DNA from: Candidatus Fraserbacteria bacterium
GTDB lineage: Bacteria > Bipolaricaulota > Bipolaricaulia > RBG-16-55-9 > DRXL01
Direction of reading: 5' to 3'
NCBI GenBank assembly: GCA_947085185.1
Contig: CAMTVK010000017.1
Coordinates: forward strand, 32,001 to 96,000
DNA: 64,000 bases
Shown here: one piece after another, positions 58,180 to 64,000 of the stretch
Numbering within the stretch: position 1 is the first letter of the stretch
How the letters are laid out: each line of letters starts with the position of its first letter
The notes under the pieces: generated by a model
Told to the model about the DNA's origin: nothing
Databases searched by the model: none
Seen by the model: only the letters and a program-made list of their open reading frames with translations
Made by a program: the position numbers and the translations under genes

Positions 58180-58557
58180 TCAGCTTTTGAGGATCGCATG
58201 CAGGATCACACTCACAATGCTGATGAGCAGCGCGCCTAGTAGTGCCCAGCCGAAACTCTCTATCACGAACGCTGGGACAAGTATCGTAGTCAGCCAGAGT
58301 ATCCCCGCGTTGATCACGATCAAGAAGAGCCCAAGGGTGACGAGCGTCGCGGGCAGCGTCAAAAATATAATAATCGGGCGCACCAGGGCATTGAGCAACC
58401 CCAATACCAACCCAACGAGAACCACCGTGCTCAGATAGTCTGCCCCTTCGATGCGAATATGGGGCTGGAGCAACCAAGTTGTGACAGCGACAGCGGCTGT
58501 CGCGACGACCCAGCGTATGATAAACCGAAGGATGATGCCGTCGGACACAGTGATCAC
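58180..58557 (-). CDS. Phage holin family (4-TM, YvlD-like) membrane protein
   Basis: LGLLNALVRP...LTLP...TLGLFLIVINA, F.WALLGALLIS. Confidence 0.9.
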   Translation of the reverse strand: MITVSDGIILRFIIRWVVATAAVAVTTWLLQPHIRIEGADYLSTVVLVGLVLGLLNALVRPIIIFLTLPATLVTLGLFLIVINAGILWLTTILVPAFVIESFGWALLGALLISIVSVILHAILKS

Positions 58558-58658
58558 CGTAAGAGTATCTTACCAAAAGAGAACAGACGGTGCACAGATC
58601 TTGGCTTTCGCGTCGCCAGTGGGTAGAATAACATTCAAGATTACGCGAGGAGGTTTTG

Positions 58659-60173
58659 ATGGAAATTTCAATGGCCAGGAGCATAGAAGTCTTCAACCCT
58701 GCTACGGGGCAGAAGATCGCCGATGTGCCGATCACTCTGCCAGAAGAGGTAGGTGCTGCCGTCCTGCGGGCACGCCAAGCGTTTCAAGCATGGCGCATGC
58801 TCTCGGTGGCGCAGCGGGCACGCTATCTGTATGCCGCTCGCGACTGGATCGTTGATCACCAAGGCGAAATTATAGATATCATCTGCGCTGAGACGGGCAA
58901 ACCCCGCACCGAAGCGCTCGTCGCTGAGGTCTTCTATTGCTGTGACCTCTTGGGATTTTATGCGAAGAACTCTGAGCGCTATCTCAGGGATGAGCTTCGC
59001 AGCACGCATTTATTAAAAACTAAACGCGTCTATGTGCTCTATCAGCCGTTAGGCGTCGTGGGGGTAATCTCGCCCTGGAATTATCCGTTCACGCTGGCGA
59101 TGGGCGATGTTGTGCCCGCGCTCATGGCCGGCAATGCCGTGATTTTGAAACCGTCAGAGTATACGCCGATGACGGGGCTCTTGGTCGAGCGCATCTTCCG
59201 TGAAGTAGGACTCCCTCAAGGGGTGCTGCAGACCCTCTGCGGCTACGGCGACACCGGTGCGGCTTTGGTAGATCATTGCGACGGAATCGCGTTTACAGGG
59301 TCAGTTGCGACCGGCAAGCAAGTCGCCGAACGCGCCGCCAAGCGGCTCATTCCTGTGCTCTTGGAGTTGGGCGGCAAAGATCCCATGATCGTCTTAAGAG
59401 ACGCTGATCTAGAACGCGCGGCAAACGCGTGCGTCTGGGGCGCGCTGAGCAATGCCGGCCAGACGTGTATGTCCGTAGAACGCGTCTACGTCGAAGCCCC
59501 AGTCTACGACGAGTTCGTGAAGAAAGTCGTGGAGAAGGTGAAGAACTTGCGTCAGGGCAATGAAAGACGCTTCGGCGAAGTTGACATCGGACCGTTGACG
59601 ATTCTGGAGCAACTGGAGACCGTCGAGCGCCATGTGCGCGATGCTGTCGAGAAGGGCGCGAAGATCCTCGTCGGCGGGACGCGCAAAGACGGGCTTTTCT
59701 TTGAGCCCACGGTCTTGGTGAACGTGGATCACTCCATGCAGATCATGCGGGAAGAGACGTTTGGGCCGGTGATCCCTATTATGAAGGTCAACTCCGTCGA
59801 AGAAGCCCTGCAGTTGGCGAACGATTCGATCTATGGGCTGTCGGCGAGCGTGTTCACGAGAGATAAAGCGCTGGGGATGCATCTTGCTCGTCGTATTGAA
59901 GCGGGCAACGTCTGCGTGAATGATTGTATCACAAACTTTGCGATTCTTGAGGCGCCCTATGGAGGGGCCAAGCAGAGCGGGCTTGGGCGGCGCCACGGCG
60001 AGTGGGGTCTGAGACAGTTTACTTGGCCTCAGACGGTCGTCGTCGATAGATTTGGTCTCAAGCGCGAGCTCTTTTGGTATCCGTACAGTGAAAGAGTGGC
60101 GCGCTGGATCTCGCGAGCGATCCGAGTGCTCTACCGTCGAGGCTGGCGCGAAAAATTCTCTGCGGGGAGGTAA
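58659..60173 (+). CDS. Aldehyde dehydrogenase family protein
   Basis: ISPWNYP, LKPSE, FTGS, LELGGKDP, NAGQTC, EETFGP. Confidence 0.96.
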   Translation: MEISMARSIEVFNPATGQKIADVPITLPEEVGAAVLRARQAFQAWRMLSVAQRARYLYAARDWIVDHQGEIIDIICAETGKPRTEALVAEVFYCCDLLGFYAKNSERYLRDELRSTHLLKTKRVYVLYQPLGVVGVISPWNYPFTLAMGDVVPALMAGNAVILKPSEYTPMTGLLVERIFREVGLPQGVLQTLCGYGDTGAALVDHCDGIAFTGSVATGKQVAERAAKRLIPVLLELGGKDPMIVLRDADLERAANACVWGALSNAGQTCMSVERVYVEAPVYDEFVKKVVEKVKNLRQGNERRFGEVDIGPLTILEQLETVERHVRDAVEKGAKILVGGTRKDGLFFEPTVLVNVDHSMQIMREETFGPVIPIMKVNSVEEALQLANDSIYGLSASVFTRDKALGMHLARRIEAGNVCVNDCITNFAILEAPYGGAKQSGLGRRHGEWGLRQFTWPQTVVVDRFGLKRELFWYPYSERVARWISRAIRVLYRRGWREKFSAGR

Positions 60174-60175
60174 CG

Positions 60176-61342
60176 GTGTCCCAAGTTCTTTCTCGTCGGC
60201 GCTGGATACTCGTTGGCGCTTCTGCGGTGATTGCTGTTCTGATGGCGATCTTGGTGGTGATGGTCTCTCCCCAGGACGTGACGGTGTGTGCGTCGGGGTG
60301 CTCGTTCTCGCAGATCCAGTCGGCCCTGGATGCCGTGCGTGCCGGCAGCACCTTGCACATTCAACCCGGAACGTATAGAGAGAATCTTCAGATTGCGAAG
60401 CGGGTGCAGCTCATCGGCTCAGAAGGAGCTGTGCTCGAAGGCCAGATCACTATTGCTCAAGCCAAGAACGTCTCGATCACGGCTTTGACAGTGCGTGGGG
60501 CTGTGCAGATCGAAGAGAGTCGCAACGTCGTGATCACCAAGAGCACGATCTCGGAAAGCCCAGACGTCGGAGTTTCTGTAATCTCAAGTAGAGATATCTC
60601 TCTTATTGAGAACGCGATCGTGGGGAACGCCGGCGACGGCGTGAGAGTCCAAGGGGCTACTGTGCGGCTCTCACGGAACATGATTGGGGGCAACAAGGGC
60701 TACGGGATTGCTGCCGACGGCGCCTCTCAGCTCTCGGGGGATGGGAACCGCAATGGCTATCGGGTCCCTGGAGATTTTCAGACGATCCAAGAAGCAATTG
60801 ACGCTTGGGCCGCAGGGATGGGCATCAACGGCCTAGGCGACGTCAACGAAAACGTCCCCAAAGAATTGCTCACGGGCGACGGGGTTATCTTCGTCGCACC
60901 GGGGATATACAAAGAGCGATTAACAATTCGCGATAAGAATATACGCATTCGCGGGGCCGACCGCGATAGTGTCATAGTAGACGGCACGGGCTTAGGAGAC
61001 GTGGACGGCATCACGCTTCGCGGCACGACAAAAGCTTTTATTGAGAATATGACGGTGCGGAACTTCCGCGACGACGGCATAGACGCCGAGGGCCAGATCG
61101 AGCTGACGCTGCGCAATATGATCTTAGAGGGCAACGGCAGCACCGGCATAGAGGTCGCCCACACCGACGTCAAAGTGTGGCTCACCAAGAGCATAATCAG
61201 GAACAATCGCACCTATGGGCTCTGGGCCCTGAGCGCTCAAAATATCGTCGAATGTCGCAGCACAACCGTGACGGGAAACACAAACGATTACGGGGGATTG
61301 GGGGGGTCGGCTGCAGTCGAGCTAGCTCAGAAGTGCCAATAG
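60176..61342 (+). CDS. Membrane-anchored/exported right-handed beta-helix protein
   Basis: N-terminal hydrophobic helix; two IQ.A.DA...PG.Y.E modules; Asn-ladder repeats. Confidence 0.85.
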   Translation: MSQVLSRRRWILVGASAVIAVLMAILVVMVSPQDVTVCASGCSFSQIQSALDAVRAGSTLHIQPGTYRENLQIAKRVQLIGSEGAVLEGQITIAQAKNVSITALTVRGAVQIEESRNVVITKSTISESPDVGVSVISSRDISLIENAIVGNAGDGVRVQGATVRLSRNMIGGNKGYGIAADGASQLSGDGNRNGYRVPGDFQTIQEAIDAWAAGMGINGLGDVNENVPKELLTGDGVIFVAPGIYKERLTIRDKNIRIRGADRDSVIVDGTGLGDVDGITLRGTTKAFIENMTVRNFRDDGIDAEGQIELTLRNMILEGNGSTGIEVAHTDVKVWLTKSIIRNNRTYGLWALSAQNIVECRSTTVTGNTNDYGGLGGSAAVELAQKCQ

Positions 61343-61358
61343 CGATATAATCACTCGT

Positions 61359-62024
61359 ATGTTTGAGAAGCTGTGGAGTCGTATGCGGCGGCGCATGGCG
61401 CTCTATAAGCCCAAGCGCTTTCGCGATCACTACGAATATGCGGCGTTCTTTGACGCTCGGAATATTGTCTTAGTCGGCGACGACATGGCGGTCTTAGAGT
61501 ACCCCAACGAAGAAGTCCAGCAGAAGATCTTTCGTCATGCAACAGAGAAATTCGATCTCGCAGACAGAACGATCTTGGACGTCGGGTGTGGGCTGGGGTA
61601 TCTCAAAAAATATTTAGACGCGCAGGGCGTGCGCTATCGCTCGTACTGGGGAGTAGATCTGAGCGAGAAGATGGTCGCTGGGGCGCGCCAGCGCTTTGGC
61701 CCCTATTTTGAGAGGCGCGACGTGCTCGCTCAGCCCTTCTCAGAGAGCGAGTTCGATGTGGTCTTCTTGCTCAGTGTCTTAGGCTATCCCATCGGTGATG
61801 ACCCCTTCGGGTATATGAGCGCATTATTACGAGAGCTCTTTCGGATCGCGCGCGAGGGGTTGGTCTTCACGCACTTAGCGCCGGGGCGGCGTCACGAGAG
61901 CTCAGACTTCACGGTCGCCCCAGAAGATATGGCCGAGTGGTGTCGCAGGAATCTCACTCCTCATGTGATCGTTGACGACACCTTAGAGCTAGTCACGTAT
62001 GTGGTCGCGGTACGCAAAGGGTGA
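61359..62024 (+). CDS. Class I SAM-dependent methyltransferase
   Basis: [18 protein letters not shown]. Confidence 0.9.
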   Translation: MFEKLWSRMRRRMALYKPKRFRDHYEYAAFFDARNIVLVGDDMAVLEYPNEEVQQKIFRHATEKFDLADRTILDVGCGLGYLKKYLDAQGVRYRSYWGVDLSEKMVAGARQRFGPYFERRDVLAQPFSESEFDVVFLLSVLGYPIGDDPFGYMSALLRELFRIAREGLVFTHLAPGRRHESSDFTVAPEDMAEWCRRNLTPHVIVDDTLELVTYVVAVRKG

Positions 62025-62026
62025 AT

Positions 62027-62063
62027 CACGGAAGGCACGGAATGATGTACGGAAAGCACGGAA
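62027..62063 (+). repeat. Four short direct repeats (C/T)ACGGAA upstream of aspS
   Basis: Copies at 62027, 62036, 62048 and 62057. Confidence 0.75.
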
Positions 62064-62090
62064 AAAGACTAAGAGACGAAGGAGCGAGCT

Positions 62091-63851
62091 ATGGAGCGCA
62101 CAGCAGAATGCGGCAGGCTGAGCACAAGAGATGTCGGCAAGACAGTGTCGTTGATGGGGTGGGTCCATCGGCGCCGTGACCTTGGGGGCTTGATCTTTAT
62201 TGATCTGCGTGATCGTTCCGGAGTGGTGCAGTTGCTTTTCAACCCAGAGCAGCGCGCCTATGCTCAGGCTCGGGAGCTCAATCGAGAAGATGTGATCTAC
62301 GTTCATGGCACGGTCACGGCGCGTCCGCCTGAGACTATCAATCCGAAGTTGCCCACGGGAGAGGTCGAAGTCCGGGTTGAAGACGTAAAAGTTCTCAATC
62401 ACTCTAAAACCCCGCCCTTTGCTATTGATGTCGTGGACGCCGCACAGGAGGCCCAAGAACTGGTGCGACTCGAATATCGCTATTTAGATCTTAGGCGCCC
62501 AGAGCTGCAGAAGAACTTTGCCCTGCGCCATCGAGTTTTTCTAGATATCCGAAATTTCTTGAGCGAGCGCGGCTTTTATGAGATCGAGACGCCCATGCTC
62601 ACCAAGTCTACCCCAGAAGGAGCGCGCGATTATCTTGTGCCAAGCCGCACGTTTCCGGGAAAATTCTTTGCGCTCCCACAGTCGCCCCAGCTCTTTAAAC
62701 AACTCTTGATGGTCGCCGGCTTTGAGAAGTACTTTCAGATCGCCCGGTGCTTTCGTGACGAGGACCTGCGGGCCGATCGCCAGCCCGAATTCACCCAGCT
62801 CGATTTAGAGATGAGCTTCGTCTTCGACGAGCGCCCCATTGTCGAGCTCATCGAAGAGCTCATATGCTTTCTGTTTGAGAGGCATCTGGGGGTGCATCTG
62901 GAGCGCCCCTTCCCCAAGTTGAGCTATGCTGAAGCCATGGAGCGCTACGGCTCAGACAAGCCCGACTTGCGCTTCGGCTTAGAGCTGGTTGATCTCTCTC
63001 AAACCCTGGGGAGTTCAGAATTTCGCATCTTCTCCGAGACCCTCAAAAACGGGGGAGTCATCAAGGGGCTCTCTCTGAGTGGTGGAGCCAAGTACTCGCG
63101 CAGTGCCCTTGCCGAGCTTGAAAGACAGGCGCAGGCCCTGGGGGCCAAGGGGGTGCTGTGGGCCAAGTTCACCGATCAGGGGATAGAGTCGCCCATCGCC
63201 AAGTTTCTCACTAGACAGATCGTCGCGCAGCTGCAGCAGACCACGGGCGCTCGCGCAGGCGATCTGGTGTTGATGATCGCTGGGGAGCGCCGCGCGACGA
63301 ACACGGTGTTGGGCGCTGTGCGCTTGGAGCTGGCACGCCGGGAAGGGCTCATCCCGAAAGAGCAGAGAAAATTCTGTTGGATCTTGGATTTTCCGCTCTT
63401 CCAGTGGGACGAGCAAGAGCAAAGACTGGTGAGCGAGCACCATCCGTTTACGTCGCCCAAGAGCACCGACATTGAGCTTTTAGATCGAGAGCCCCTCAAG
63501 GTGCGCGCCAACGCCTATGATTTTGTGCTCAACGGTGTGGAGCTGGGCGGGGGCAGCATTCGTATTCACCATCGTGAGCTGCAGCAGAAGATCTTCGATC
63601 TGTTAGGGTTGACCAAAGAAGAGACCGAAGCGAAGTTTGGGTTCTTCTTGCGGGCATTAGAGTATGGAGCGCCGCCCCACGGTGGGATTGCCCTGGGGTT
63701 AGACCGGTTGATTATGTTGATGGCTGGGGCGGATTCTATCCGTGATGTCATCACTTTCCCTAAGACGAGCACGGCCTATTGTCCATTGACCGGAGCTCCG
63801 GTAGAAGTGAGCGAAAAACAGCTGCGCGAGCTAGGAATCAGGGTAGCTTAA
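62091..63851 (+). CDS. aspS: Aspartate--tRNA ligase
   Basis: [60 protein letters not shown]. Confidence 0.98.
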   Translation: MERTAECGRLSTRDVGKTVSLMGWVHRRRDLGGLIFIDLRDRSGVVQLLFNPEQRAYAQARELNREDVIYVHGTVTARPPETINPKLPTGEVEVRVEDVKVLNHSKTPPFAIDVVDAAQEAQELVRLEYRYLDLRRPELQKNFALRHRVFLDIRNFLSERGFYEIETPMLTKSTPEGARDYLVPSRTFPGKFFALPQSPQLFKQLLMVAGFEKYFQIARCFRDEDLRADRQPEFTQLDLEMSFVFDERPIVELIEELICFLFERHLGVHLERPFPKLSYAEAMERYGSDKPDLRFGLELVDLSQTLGSSEFRIFSETLKNGGVIKGLSLSGGAKYSRSALAELERQAQALGAKGVLWAKFTDQGIESPIAKFLTRQIVAQLQQTTGARAGDLVLMIAGERRATNTVLGAVRLELARREGLIPKEQRKFCWILDFPLFQWDEQEQRLVSEHHPFTSPKSTDIELLDREPLKVRANAYDFVLNGVELGGGSIRIHHRELQQKIFDLLGLTKEETEAKFGFFLRALEYGAPPHGGIALGLDRLIMLMAGADSIRDVITFPKTSTAYCPLTGAPVEVSEKQLRELGIRVA

Positions 63852-63853
63852 GC

Positions 63854-64000
63854 ATGTGCACCCGGTGGCGTTCTGTGATCCCTGTTGTCGTTGTGCTCTC
63901 GCTGGTGCTTTTAGCTGCGGGGATTTCGCGCGTCTCGTTTGTCGGGACGCGCTACGGCCCGCAGGAGGAATCTGGAGAGGAACCCACCGGTGCTGTGCAG
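63854..64000 (+). CDS. Start of an exported/membrane protein (partial)
   Basis: ATG 2 nt after the aspS stop; MCTRWRSVIPVVVVLSLVLLAAG hydrophobic leader; open to the window end. Confidence 0.55.
   Translation, partial: MCTRWRSVIPVVVVLSLVLLAAGISRVSFVGTRYGPQEESGEEPTGAVQ

Noticed and set aside
58180..58557. Prophage inferred from the holin-family gene
   Set aside because: This 4-TM family is commonly chromosomal, and there are no neighbouring phage genes.

Overview
This is a 64-kb stretch of a moderately GC-rich bacterial chromosome. Gene content and style suggest Ca. Bipolaricaulota/Acetothermia, but that is inference only. Most of the window is housekeeping: purB, kbl, ridA, corA, cutA, pyrE, pyrC, pyrD, lepB, ffh-rpsP-khpA-trmD-rplS, accBC, pheT, panC, rsmI, prfB, cmk-plsC-ispH-rpsA-plsY, tpiA, uvrA and aspS. 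No rRNA, tRNA or CRISPR array was seen. The most unusual part is an accessory region at about 12-26 kb. There a SARP/BTAD-STAND-TPR regulator precedes a promoter with AfsR-like geometry, followed by secreted proteins sharing a conserved leader but with unrelated mature parts. These genes and two reverse-strand cargo modules are punctuated by four copies of a hairpin repeat (one single, three double), resembling an undescribed cassette array. Other highlights are a perfect 11-6-11 dif-like palindrome overlapping the stop of a lone tyrosine recombinase, two M1 peptidase/beta-barrel fusion paralogues (one broken by an 86-bp tandem duplication), a prfB +1 frameshift site with no internal Shine-Dalgarno, many leaderless-type promoters, and apparent single-base lesions in two toxin genes.
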